From Chiloscyllium plagiosum (lineage: Eukaryota), in assembly GCF_004010195.1 (NCBI RefSeq), contig NC_057715.1, positions 120,447,673-120,511,672 on the forward strand: 64,000 bases of DNA, written 5' to 3'. The position numbers were made by a program, and so were the translations under genes. Positions 51,119 through 62,740 of the stretch are shown piece by piece; the first letter of the stretch is position 1, and the number at the start of each line of letters is the position of its first letter. The notes below the pieces were generated by a model. That model had not been told where the DNA came from, searched no databases, and saw only the letters and a list, made by a program, of their open reading frames with translations.

Positions 51119-51422
51119 ACCTTCCAGCCTGAAGTTAGCGGCGAGTCTCCGGACGCTCCTCCGCTGCTGGGGGCCCAGGGCCCGGGAGTAGACCCCCCGG
51201 GACAGGTATTTATAAACGGCTCCGTCCCGCCCCCGGCCGAGCCTCCGTCTCGGTGCACACGCTGAGCTTTCCGTTCGACATGGCGGCGGGAGGCCGGGGG
51301 ACGGACGGACGGACGGACGGACACACTCCCCCCGGAACGCGTTTGGTGCTGCACCTCCGCGTTGTTTATCTGGTTGTCGGGCCGTCCGCGGGGTGTGATT
51401 GAAGCTCGGGCGGGCGGGCGGC
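51119..51422 (+). promoter_or_regulatory. OGFOD2 CpG-island promoter and 5' leader
   Basis: CpG-dense; TATAAA at 51211-51216; ACATGGCGGC (YY1-like) at 51278-51287; (GGAC)n microsatellite at about 51299-51322. Confidence 0.6.
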
Positions 51423-51548
51423 ATGGAGGGGGCGGGCGGGAGGCCTGCGCTCGGGCCCTTCTTTACCTGCCGCTGTTTTTACACCGACAACATCTTCCTG
51501 GAAGATTTCAGGCTCCACGTCCGCTCGACGGAGCCACAACTGGAATCT
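51423..51548 (+). CDS. OGFOD2: OGFOD2 exon 1 (MEGAGGRPALGPFFTCRCFYTDNIFLEDFRLHVRSTEPQLES)
   Basis: GGCATGG start in a CpG island; CxCFxTDN...LHVR motif of the OGFOD2 N-terminus; GTAAG donor. Confidence 0.88.
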
Positions 51549-51985
51549 GTAAGATATAAAATAAATAATATTATGATTAACATCATTCACGACCAGAAAG
51601 ATTGTGAAAAGGGGGAATGTCCCGGGGCTGGCGGTGTGGAGGGGGCTAGCACGGGGGCGACGGGCCGAATGCGTCCCCTGTCTACACCAGTGAGACTAAC
51701 CATTACTTTCGGGAAATTAAAGTGTCCTGACTCACAGTTTGTGGGAAGGACCTGAAGCGGTTTACTGCCAGGACGGTCCCAGTGTGATCCTCTCCCACAC
51801 CTGCAGCGCTCCCTGAGTTTATTATCGCTCCAGGTTCCCAGGCCCTCGGTTCGCTCTTACTTCAGAGTCTGGTGTGAGGGACTGTGACTGTACAGGATCG
51901 GGGAGAATCCCTCAGCCCGGCCCCAACCTGGCAGCTTTGGGTTTCCACACAACATTCAGCTGCTTCCTCAACAAATACACAAAGC

Positions 51986-52149
51986 AGCTGGGTCAGACCT
52001 GCCCCCCCCCCCTCAGCTACACCCCACTTTAGCTGGGTCAGACCTGCCCCCCCCCCCCCTCAGCTACACCNNNNNNGCTACACCCCACTTTAGCTGGGTC
52101 AGACTTGCCCCCCCCCCAGCCCTAGCTACACCCCACTTTAGCTGGGTCA
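51986..52149. repeat. Tandem repeat of about 45 bp with poly-C (AGCTGGGTCAGACCTGCnTCAGCTACACCCCACTTT), 3-4 copies
   Basis: Direct inspection; includes a 6-N gap. Confidence 0.85.
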
Positions 52150-52399
52150 CCCTTGGTATGGGCTGCTGGCAGTGACTCTGAGGTCTGGGGCAAATTCCAC
52201 GTTGTAAAATTTCAAACATGTTCAAAGGGACTTCACGGAACATTGCCAGGTAAAATTTGTCCTGGTTCCACAGAAGAGGTGACCAAAAGCTTGGTCAAAG
52301 AGTTAGTTACTCAGTAGGAATGAAAGATGATGAGGTTGACGGAGGTAATCCGTCTGGTTTCATTTTTTTGGAAGTCGGTCTTATTTATTGATAGACCCG

Positions 52400-54078
52400 G
52401 CCCCACAACTAGAGAACTGAATCACAGTCCTACTCAAAAGAAAATTTAGAAATTTGGAGAAATAAATAAGACCGACTTCCAAAAAATGAAACCAGACGGA
52501 TCCAACATTCCACGCTTCTACAGATTACCCAAAATTCACAAACCAGGAGACCCCCTCAGACCCATAGTCTCACTACTTGGAACACCAACTTACAGATTGG
52601 CCAAGGACCTACACCAAAGACTAAAACACTTAGTAGAAGGCTCACGCCACTCCATCCACTCCACCCAAGAATTCCTGAAGACAATTAAAGACACCAAGAT
52701 AGAAGAGGTTGAAATAATAGTCTCCTTTGGGTAACAGCCCTATTCACATCTATCAACATCAATCTGGTCAAGGAAACACTGACTACATTATTAGAAGACC
52801 CAAAGACACATACACCAAACATCACCAACTGCATCAGCAAGGACAATACTGTCAAGCTAGTGGTCCCATGCCTTACCACTCACTTCACCTTCAACAACAA
52901 AACTTACAGACAAACTAACGGAACACCCATGGGGTCTCCAATAATTGGGTTGTTAGCAGAGGCAGTAATCCAGAGACTCTGATAAACAGCACTGCCAACC
53001 ATCCAACCCAAACTTTGGGCCCGCTACATGGATGACACCTTTGTCATCACTAAATGAAACAAATTAGAGGAAACCTTCAAGACCATCAATAATACCCTTA
53101 CTGGCATAAAGTTCACTAAAGAGGAGGAAAACAACAATAAACTGCCACTCTGAGATGTCGCAGTAGAGCGAACAGCCAATGGGGAACTTCAAACCAGCAT
53201 CTACAGGAAAACAACACATACGGACCAAATATTGAACTACAGAAGCAATCACCCCAACATCCACAAACGAAGCTGCATCAGAATGTTATTTCAATGAGCC
53301 ACCACACACTGCAGCACAGAGGAACTATGCAGAGCAGAGGAAAATCACATATACGGTGTATTCAAAAAGAACGGGTACCCACTGAACACAGTCCGCCTAT
53401 TTCTGAGCAACAAACCCAAACAAGCAGACAAAACGCATCCAAAAACCCTCGCCACTCTCCCCTACATCAAAGACATCTCGGAAATGACTGCCAGACTACC
53501 CAGACTCCTTGGTAGCCCACAAACTCACTAACACAATAAAACAGCAGCTAATGAAATTGAAAGACCCTATACAGACAACAAGCAAAACTAATGTCATCTA
53601 CAAAATACATTGCAATAACTATAACAAACACTATGTGGACAAAGAGGCAGAAAGCTAGCTACCAGGATACATGAACACCAACTAGCCACAAAAAGACATG
53701 ACCCTGTCTCACTAGTATCCTCACATACAGATGAGGAAGGACACCAGTTCGACTGGGACAACACATCCAGGACAAGCGAAACAGAGACATGCACGAGAAT
53801 TCCTAGAAGCATGGCATTCCAACTGGAACTCCATCAACAAATGCATTGACTTGGATCCCATTTATCACCCCCTGAGAAAAAGAACAGAAAATTACATTGC
53901 CAACCTAAGGAAACCCAAACATATAAATAGAAAACGGTCTACACCACCAGTGCTTCATTCAGAGGCTCACTGAAGATGTTACCTAGTATGGTGACGAAAC
54001 GTCTGAAAATGAACCTTTCAGCTCAGCGAGCAAACCTATATCCAGAACCTCAACCTGAGCTACAAATCTTCTCAAAAC
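52400..54078 (+). mobile_element. Penelope-like retroelement (RT and GIY-YIG endonuclease), decayed, in OGFOD2 intron 1
   Basis: PRFYRLPKIHKP..PLRPIVS, GTPMGSP, RYMDDTF, and NVIYKI.C....HYV(G)..RKLATRIHEH (GIY-YIG); hammerhead-like core at 53970-54003. Confidence 0.9.
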
Positions 54079-54226
54079 ATGAAACTCCTGTTTTTACATA
54101 CTAGTAGATCATTGACCACTCAAACACACTGACCCCAGGGACACTGCCACAGTCAAACCTTTCACTATTCTGCAGCAAGTTATAAATTGGGTTCTTTCAG
54201 TGACTCAACATTTGCTCTTGTTTCAG

Positions 54227-54283
54227 ATTTTAAGAAGCAAGGGATGCAAGACCGAAGAACAATTCAGAAAGGTTCAAGCTAAG
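54227..54283 (+). CDS. OGFOD2: OGFOD2 exon 2 (ILRSKGCKTEEQFRKVQAK)
   Basis: 57 nt, TTTCAG/GTAAA boundaries; resembles ILRSRGC. Confidence 0.9.
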
Positions 54284-54325
54284 GTAAAACTGACAAACCA
54301 ACAGTACCAGCCTATGTGTGCTGCA

Positions 54326-54528
54326 GCTGAAAATGTGTTGCTGGAAAAGCGCAGCAGGTCAGGCAGCATCCAGGGAACAGGAGAATCGACGTTTCGGGCA
54401 TAAGCCCTTCTTCAGGCTTATGCCCGAAACGTCGATTCTCCTGTTCCCTGGATGCTGCCTCACCTGCGCTTTTCCAGCAACACATTTTCAGCTCTGATCT
54501 CCAGCATCTGCAGACCTCACTTTCTCCT
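54326..54528. mobile_element. Palindromic Penelope-derived short element 42 nt after OGFOD2 exon 2
   Basis: Inverted arms; 15-bp TSD CCTATGTGTGCTGCA at 54311-54325 and 54529-54543. Confidence 0.85.
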
Positions 54529-55409
54529 CCTATGTGTGCTGCACACCATTATACTCACGGTCACACTCAATAATACCCAGACTCTGAATTTAACTTTCAG
54601 TTTGGCCACTTCTTACTCATGCTGTTCAGTGACAGTGCAACAAACAGCAGAAAATGTGATGATGGGTTTCCTGCAGAGCTTCGAGTTAGATAGTTACTCT
54701 TACAGTTGTGCAATCAATGCTGTCACAGTTAGAGAGTCAATGCTGAGGGAGTGCTACACTATTGTAGCTTCATGAGGTTGAAAGTCTCTGGTCCCTAGGG
54801 TTAGGGCTGAGTGGGGAAGAGTTTAATGAGACTTGGGTGGACAGGTGACCTCACTGAGAGAGAAATAGCAGATGGATTATTCATAGATTCTTACTTTAAA
54901 CTGAAAGCATAGAACCAAGAGATTTGGGAGGAATTTAGTGAAGAGTAACTTTAGGGCCATAGTAATTGTGATTTGGGAAATATGGTTAAATACCCATAAA
55001 AGATGATTGGAAACAAAACATCTTGAATTGTTTGATGCAGCCATTAAGGATGTTTATATTTCCATGACTGGTGAATAGTTTTATTTCTTGGGATGTGGGT
55101 GGCACTGGCAAGACTAGCAATTGTTGCCCTAATTACTGCTCGAGTGCCTTGCTGTGTGATTATAACACCCGTGTTATTGCAACATTGTGTGTCCAGATGT
55201 CCACAAGATGGCTGTGAGCAAACAATAAAGCTATTCGATTAGCGCTATTGGGGCCCAGTGGTGTGTCCATATCTCTGGACCAGCAGGCTTAGGTTCAAGT
55301 CCCACCTGCTCTAGAGGTGGGTCCTACCATCTCTGCACAGGTTTAATTAAAATAAACAATAACTATTTGATAACCATCAAGTCACACTAAGTCATTTTGT
55401 CTCCCTCAG

Positions 55410-55520
55410 ATTGATGAAGAAGTTCAGAGAAGAAAGTTGCTCCATCAGAAAAGTTTGGAGAGAAGAAGCATTATTTCTGCATGTTACAAGCCACTGAATC
55501 CTGCAGTCTATGTTTTACAG
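55410..55520 (+). CDS. OGFOD2: OGFOD2 exon 3 (IDEEVQRRKLLHQKSLERRSIISACYKPLNPAVYVLQ)
   Basis: 111 nt, CAG/GTAGG boundaries, phase 0 to 0. Confidence 0.9.
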
Positions 55521-55746
55521 GTAGGAACTGTCTCTGTTGATTCACTGAACAGCATTAGATTCACCATAAAAGGCGTTAGTGAGATTGTACCATGAATATT
55601 GAGTATGGTTTTGGTCACCTTATTAAAGAATGGCTTTCTTTGTATTAGAAACAATCCAGCAATGATCCACTGGCTGATTCCTGGAATGAAGGACTGGGTT
55701 TGGGGAGTGATTAAATAGGTTGGACCGTAGCTATTGGTGTAGGGAT

Positions 55747-57180
55747 TGTGATGAGGTTAGCCAGCCTAGACCTCAGAAAGAGTGTTTCCTAACAGGGGCT
55801 GTTACTCTGGTCCAATCATGGAGCCCTGACAGACACAAAAAGGGACATGTGAGAGATGCTGATACTCTGGTCCCTGACTCTGAATGAGGCCATATTAAAG
55901 TTAAGGACTGTTTACGTATAAATAAAGGGCGACTTGGTGATGGGAGCTATTTCAGTGGCAATGGGAGTAATGCGTGATCTTGAAGAAACTCATTTGCAGT
56001 AGTCATCTTTGAGTTGGGGTAAGCATTTCTTGCATCATTTGTTGGGAAGCTTGATTCATTTGACTCTGCTGTCGAGGGCAGGGCCCAGTACGTGGGAAGA
56101 ATGCGTTCATTTTTCTGGGCAGATGAAAAACAACAAGTAAGTCTTCTGACAGCTTGTGGAGCTGCAGCGTTTTTGATTATTAGGAGCCAAACGTTCCCTG
56201 AGCTACCACATACCAAAATGTTTCTAGAGTTGATGGGTTTAGTTAAGGAATATTATAACCCCAAGCCGCCTCTAACTCTCTGAGATGCGATCCGTTTTAC
56301 ACAGCAGTTCGAGAACCGGGGAATCCATGTCAGGATTTTTGACGAGGTCAAGACGCCTGGCAGAGGCGTGTAACTTTGGTTTAACCCTTAATGAGATGCT
56401 GACACACTGTTTGGTATGTGGGATTAATGATGTCACCATGCAAAAGTGCCTACTAGTGAAGCCCAATTCAAACAGGTACTACAACTGGCTTTGTCATTAG
56501 AAATGTGATAATTGGAGCAAATGAGTTACAGGGTACGCTGATGGAAGTGGACATCCTCCCAGTCCAACTGAACTTGGGGAACACTACTTGAGTGAAAGCA
56601 ATTGCATCGCCACACTTGGGCATATCCTGGACAGAGAGACTCTAGGTCAGCCCACAGCAAAACCCAAAACAAAGCCAAGCCTCAGACAAATAGTTCACAT
56701 TTTCCTCAGGATCCTGGCTGGCAAACCAGTGTAGTTGCTGCCAGGATGTGGACTCAGTTCAGCCCAGTGGGACTCATTTGCTGTCTTGAGTAAGATAACT
56801 CCTAGGCTGATATCCAGGAGTGTTCATACTTTGGGAATCCACCTATATCTAGTTTGGAACAGTTAAATTGCTTAATGACCTCAAAATCAGAACCAGTCAA
56901 GATAAAACATCTGGTTAAATGATCACTTGGTTCTAATGGAGGTTGATATCACTGTGGCTGTTTCAGTAATCGCAGAACCAGTCTTTAACAAAATTCACTC
57001 TGGACTCCAGCATTTAACTTTGCTTGACTGAGAACCTGTACCGGGCAACCTTTACAGATTAAAGGTGCAACTTCAGTTCCGGTCTTTAATGAGAAGCAGC
57101 TGATTCAGTTCCCACTGAGTGTAATACAGGGCTTGGGCACAGGCTTGATGGGGTGAAATTGGTTGCGAGTGATTATATTT
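55747..57180 (+). mobile_element. Ty3/gypsy LTR retrotransposon 5' fragment (LTR, gag, protease remnant) in OGFOD2 intron 3
   Basis: TG-initiated LTR-like segment with AATAAA; gag remnants LLTACG, LVKEYYNPKP, GESMSGFLTRSRRLAEACNFG..LVCGIND; protease-like MEVDITVAVSVI at about 56936. Confidence 0.75.
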
Positions 57181-57910
57181 GATGATGGGACCATTGCACA
57201 TACAGTTGCAGGGATAGCACTGACAGAGTTGCCACTGGGGAGGAGTCTCTGCACCAGGTTAAATCTGATCTTATAGATAGCTAGATACTATTCCTGATAG
57301 TCTGGGAACATAGGGTTCATTGTCAGAAAGATTAGAGTCAGACCATTCAGAGGGAAACTTAGAAAACATTTCTTCACCAAAGACAGGGGAAGGAAGGTGA
57401 AATGCCAGTGCTGGACACAAGCCTCAGCCGAGTGAGAGAGAGAGTTTGGTGTAGGAATCACAGGAGTGGCCCTACATGGGTAAGAAGCTTGTTTTTATTT
57501 TGAAGAAGAACAGTGATGTTCTCTGCAGTGTCTTGATAAATATTTGTTCTTCAATCAACATCATCAAAATCAGATTATCTTGTTGTTATCACAGTGCTGT
57601 TTTGGGAGTTTTCTGCGAGCATATTGGCTGATGTGATTTTCACATTGTTCACTGATTATGGTTTAGAAATGTGCTCAAAGAGTCTTTGGGATTGTCCTGA
57701 GGTTATGAAAGGAATGATGACGTGTAGTCTGGCTTTCTTTACTTGTGATCGAAGAGTTGATATGCTATTAACTCTCAGTAACCGCATGTTCATGGGTCAA
57801 ACAGCAGGGGTATCTGATGTTTATGGTGACCTGCACATTCTGTGGTCAGTCTTGTATTAATGAAATTGGTGCAGTGTGAAAAACAATGTTGTGGTTTGTT
57901 TTTTTCCCAG

Positions 57911-58010
57911 GAATCCTTCCTTGCTCCAGAATTCCATGAAATAGTTGCCTACTGCAGAAGTGAGGATGCTGACTTTGAAGGATTGCTGGACCGCATTCAC
58001 TCACTGCCAG
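57911..58010 (+). CDS. OGFOD2: OGFOD2 exon 4 (ESFLAPEFHEIVAYCRSEDADFEGLLDRIHSLP)
   Basis: 100 nt, TTTTTCCCAG acceptor and GT donor, phase 0 to 1; LAPEF motif. Confidence 0.9.
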
Positions 58011-59459
58011 GTCTGTCTTTAAAGGTTTTGTTCAAGCGCAAAAATGTAGGATTCAATGTTTTATACAAATGTACAAATAAACAGGGTCGTTAAATATTTC
58101 AGCAGGAATTTAGTATAGCTTGAGGAAAAACGAGGTGTGAAATGACACTTTAACAGTCACAGCAGACCAGTACCCCATGTCCTGGGTGAGCGATGTTGTG
58201 CTGTCACATGTTTATATAGTCTGTACAGCTTGTGTAACTTCCTGCCTGAGTCTTGCAAATTCTTATGTTCTTTTAAGGATCAATTAGAAAAATGAAACAA
58301 AGCGACCTCATGAAATCTAGAAATTACAAAAACAAGTCCTTTTTCAGATGCACAAATCTCTTGTTAGACTGCTGCTGAATTCCAGGGAACAATTCTGGGA
58401 CTAAACCTTGGAAATTAGGAGTGTGCTTTGATCAGGTTTCTCAAAATATTGATAGATAACTAGATACTATTCCTGATAGTCAGTCTAGGATTCATTGTCA
58501 GAAAAATTAGAGCCAGACCATTCTGAAGGAAACTTCGAAAACATTTCTCCACCAAAGGATAGTAAAAGTTTGGAACTTCCTTTCACATGAGGCAATTAAT
58601 GCTCAAGCAGTGGTTTACTTCTAAGAGAGGGTAGATTTTGATGAGCTCGGTGTATTAAAGAATGCTGGGCAAAGTATATAAAGTTAATTGCTGGACAAGC
58701 ATGATCTCATTGATTGGTGGAACAGGCTAAGGCTAAATGACTTCCTCTTGTTCCAATTTTCCATTGATTCCTATGTGTCTCTGAGAACATTAGGAACAAA
58801 CTTAGTGCAGAATAAATTATTCTTGAGAAATAAATGTTGTTGCTGGTTAGAAAAATAATATGTAATCCCCATTAGTCTTTACTCCAACTCAACAAGATTC
58901 TGTAATCTTTAAAACTAATAGAAGGTTTTATGAAACAGTCATCAGCCGAGTGATGATAAAATAACTGGTACTAAGGGCAGCCTAGACGGAGTATGGAGTG
59001 TGTAATCCACAGGGATTCCTGACTGAATCTCCAGTGGTTTCCAGGCAGCATGCTCCCTAGGGAATCTCACTGTATGGATGAAGGCAGAGGGACAGAATTG
59101 ATCAATAAACAGATTGATTTTTATTTAAGGAGCTTCATTCTTTGTCACCCTAAACTCCTCCCCTCGCAGAATTCTAACACATCTTCCTCGTAAAAGTAAT
59201 GGAGTCAGTTGAAAATTTCAAAACAGAGGTTGAGAGATTATTATTGATAGTTAAGGATATTACGGAAATAGGATGAGATATAATACAGAGATCAGCCATG
59301 ATCTAATTGAATGATGAGACAGGTTTGCAGGGGCTGAACAGTTTCCTTATTTATCTGTGTTCTTATTGCGTTTGAGTTGGTTTACAGATTAAATGGTTTA
59401 ATGTATACAAACAGTTTATTGAATGTTCCTTCCTTCTGTCTTTCCATCCTTCCTTCTAG

Positions 59460-59584
59460 CTGAGAGAGTCTATTCAATCCCAGTATTCACTGAGCAATTC
59501 TGTGGCCAGTTGATTAGAGAGCTGGAGAATTTTGAACAGTCTGAAATGCCAAAAGGCAGACCCAACACCATGAACAACTATGGG
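59460..59584 (+). CDS. OGFOD2: OGFOD2 exon 5 (AERVYSIPVFTEQFCGQLIRELENFEQSEMPKGRPNTMNNYG)
   Basis: 125 nt, TAG/GTAAG boundaries, phase 1 to 0; PKGRPNTMNNYG signature. Confidence 0.95.
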
Positions 59585-60277
59585 GTAAGATGTGAAGAAG
59601 AGCTTGGTGAACTCGCTTGGTTAGGTGTCAAGTGTGTGTTTTGGAATAACGCTAACTATACAGGTACAATTCCCCCTTCTGGCTGATGTACACTGGGACC
59701 TGCCTATTCACCTGCTCCATGCTTGATGCAGAGTGGCATTCTCTAGCTATAGATCCAATTGTGTGTCTCTGTTGGAGACAGATGACTCATGGTTGATGAT
59801 CTGCCTATTCAGTTGCAGTCACAGACACTGTCACCGCCGCCCCCCCCCCCCCCCCCCCACTCACATACTGCCATGCCATCACAGGCAGTAAAACCAGGGC
59901 TTTATAGGCAACTTCCTGGGTCTGAGCTTATAAACTGTTACAAACTTTGACAGAATCCCTGACAATGTTCTCTGCAGCTAGTGAAACTAGTTAAAGTCAT
60001 GTTTGTGCGTGAAAGCGAGAGAGAGCCAGATAGATAGACTGACAGATCAGAGAGGGGTGGAGAAACTGACAGAAGAGAGAGATCTCAGAGAAGGAATATA
60101 AGAAGAAACAACATGATTTAAAATAGGAACTCAATTCAAAGAGCATTCATGAAGCAAATGATACTGGTTCCAGTGACAGCAATCTATTTAATTATTGAAT
60201 CATTGGCTCTGTTACTCCTCACCCTGTAAACCTTCCAATGAAGGCACAATCTAGAGAATTAGCAACATGGAGGCCAG

Positions 60278-61430
60278 TCATAGAGTCATAGAGATGTACA
60301 GCATGGAAACAGACCCTTCAGTCCAACCTGTCCATGCCGACCAGATATCCCAACCCAATCTAATCCCACCTGCCAGCGCCCGGCCCATATCCCTCCAAAC
60401 CCTTCCTATTCAAATACCCATCCAAATAAGCCTCCACCACATCCTCTGGCAGCTCATTCCATACACGTACCACCTTCTGCGTGAAAAAATTGCCCCTTTG
60501 GTCTCTTTTATATCTTTCCCCTCTCACCCTAAACCTATGCCCTCTAGTTCTGGACTCCCTGACCCCAGGGAAAAGACTTTGTCTATTTATCCTATCCATG
60601 CCCCTCGTAATTTTGTAAACCTCTATAAGGTCACCCNNNNNNNNNNNNNNNNNNNNNNNNNNNNNNNNNNNNNNNNNNNNNNNNNNNNNNNNNNNNNNNN
60701 NNNNNNNNNNNNNNNNNNNNNNNNNNNNNNNNNNNNNNNNNNNNNNNNNNNNNNNNNNNNNNNNNNNNNNNNNNNNNNNNNNNNNNNNNNNNNNNNNNNN
60801 NNNNNNNNNNNNNNNNNNNNNNNNNNNNNNNNNNNNNNNNNNNNNNNNNNNNNNNNNNNNNNNNNNNNNNNNNNNNNNNNNNNNNNNNNNNNNNNNNNNN
60901 NNNNNNNNNNNNNNNNNNNNNNNNNNNNNNNNNNNNNNNNNNNNNNNNNNNNNNNNNNNNNNNNNNNNNNNNNNNNNNNNNNNNNNNNNNNNNNNNNNNN
61001 NNNNNNNNNNNNNNNNNNNNNNNNNNNNNNNNNNNNNNNNNNNNNNNNNNNNNNNNNNNNNNNNNNNNNNNNNNNNNNNNNNNNNNNNNNNNNNNNNNNN
61101 NNNNNNNNNNNNNNNNNNNNNNNNNNNNNNNNNTATTCCATGAGATCTAATCTTGCTAATCAGTCTCCCATGGGGAACCTTGTCAAACGCCTTACTGAAG
61201 TCCATATAGATCACATTTACTGCTCTGCCCTCATCAATCTTCTTTGTTACTTCTTCAAAAAACTCAATCAAGTTTGTGAGACATGATTTCCCACGCACAA
61301 AGCCATGTTGATTATCCCGAATCAGTCCTTGCCTTTCCAAATACATGTACATCCTGTCCCTCAGGATTCCCTCCAACAACTTGCCCACCACCGAGGTCAG
61401 GCTCACCGGTCTATAGTTCCCTGGCTTGTT
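60278..61430 (-). mobile_element. CR1 LINE in OGFOD2 intron 5 (spans a gap)
   Basis: PGNYRPVSLTSVVGK, QHGFVRGKSCLTNL, DFSKAFDKVPH; CR1 tail. Confidence 0.9.
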
Positions 61431-61727
61431 TTTAATGTCACGGTGATGCTTCACTTGAGCTCTCTCCCAAACAACAGAGTCTTGACTCTCACCTGAAAAG
61501 GTATTACAGATGGATCTGGTGTGTGAGATATTCATACCAAACCTGGGGCTTGAATGAATTTGCAATGGCGAAGACCTGCTGTTATTGATACTGGGGTAAA
61601 TTATATGATGATTTTTGTTTACTTCAATCTGATTTGAACGTTTTAGATATGAACTAATTTCTGCTTATTGTCCAAATACATGCTGACTGAACTGCACAGA
61701 TTAAAACATTTCCATCATCTGATCAAG

Positions 61728-61985
61728 GTACTTTTAAATGAACTTGGATTTGATGAAACTTTTATTACACCGCTGCGTGAGGATTATCTTCAGCCAATCA
61801 CATCACTTCTTTACCCAGACTATGGAGGTTGCAGGTTGGACAGTCACAAAGCATTTGTTGTGAAATATGCTGTAAATCAAGACCGGGATCTATGCTTCCA
61901 TTACGACAATGCTGAAGTCACTCTCAATGTGTCACTTGGGAAAGATTTTGGTGAAGGGAATCTCTGCTTTGGAGACATGAGACAG
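61728..61985 (+). CDS. OGFOD2: OGFOD2 exon 6, 2OG-Fe(II) dioxygenase core (VLLNELGFDE...LDSHKAFVVKY...FHYDNAEVTLNVSLGKDFGEGNLCFGDMRQ)
   Basis: 258 nt, AAG/GTACT boundaries; HxD iron-binding motif (HYD). The final exon is not visible in the window. Confidence 0.95.
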
Positions 61986-62214
61986 GTACTGTAGAAATTT
62001 TCGTTAATTTAAGCAAAAACTTAGTCCATCATACTTCCCTCACAGTTACTGGATGTGACTCAATTTCCTTCCTTCCTCCAGTACCAGTCACCTTTAACCA
62101 GTAACTGTGACATCCCTCAACTATGACTGACTTAGTGCCTCTCTGAGCTCAGAGTGGCTTCTGGTTCCACTTCTGCAATTTTAGAACAAAGTCCAGACTG
62201 AGATACACCAAACG

Positions 62215-62740
62215 TGCTGTGGGTCAGTGCTGAAGGAGTGCCGCACTGTGAGAGGGTCAGTACTGAGGGAGTGCTGCACTGTCGTAGGGTCAGTACTGAG
62301 GGAGTGCTGCACTGTTGAAGGGTGAGTACTGAGGGAGTGCCGCACTGTGAGAGGGTCAGTGCTGAGGGAGTGCCGCACTGTGAGAGGGTCAGTGCTGAGG
62401 GAGTGCCGCACTGTCGTAGGGTCAGTACTGAGGGAGTGCTGCACTGTCGTAGGGTCAGTACTGAGGGAGTGCTGCACTGTCGTAGGGTCAGTACTGAGGG
62501 AGTGCTGCACTGTCGTAGGGTCAGTACTGAGGGAGTGCTGCACTGTCGTAGGGTCAGTACTGAGGGAGTGCTGCACTGTCGTAGGGTCAGTACTGAGGGA
62601 GTGCTGCACTGTCGTAGGGTCAGTACTGAGGGAGTGCTGCACTGTCGTAGGGTCAGTACTGAGGGAGTGCTGCACTGTCGTAGGGTCAGTACTGAGGGAG
62701 TGCTGCACTGTCGTAGGGTCAGTACTGAGGGAGTGCTGCA
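62215..62740. repeat. 33-bp minisatellite (GTAGGGTCAGTACTGAGGGAGTGCTGCACTGTC)n running into a gap
   Basis: About 16 head-to-tail units with no unique spacers; produces the 11-aa periodic ORFs in the track. Confidence 0.95.

Noticed and set aside
62215-62740. CRISPR-like array or repeat protein ORFs (62132..63748, 62322..63818 and others)
   Set aside because: The units are contiguous with no unique spacers and no cas genes, in a vertebrate genome. The long ORFs arise because 33 is a multiple of 3 and the array runs into N.
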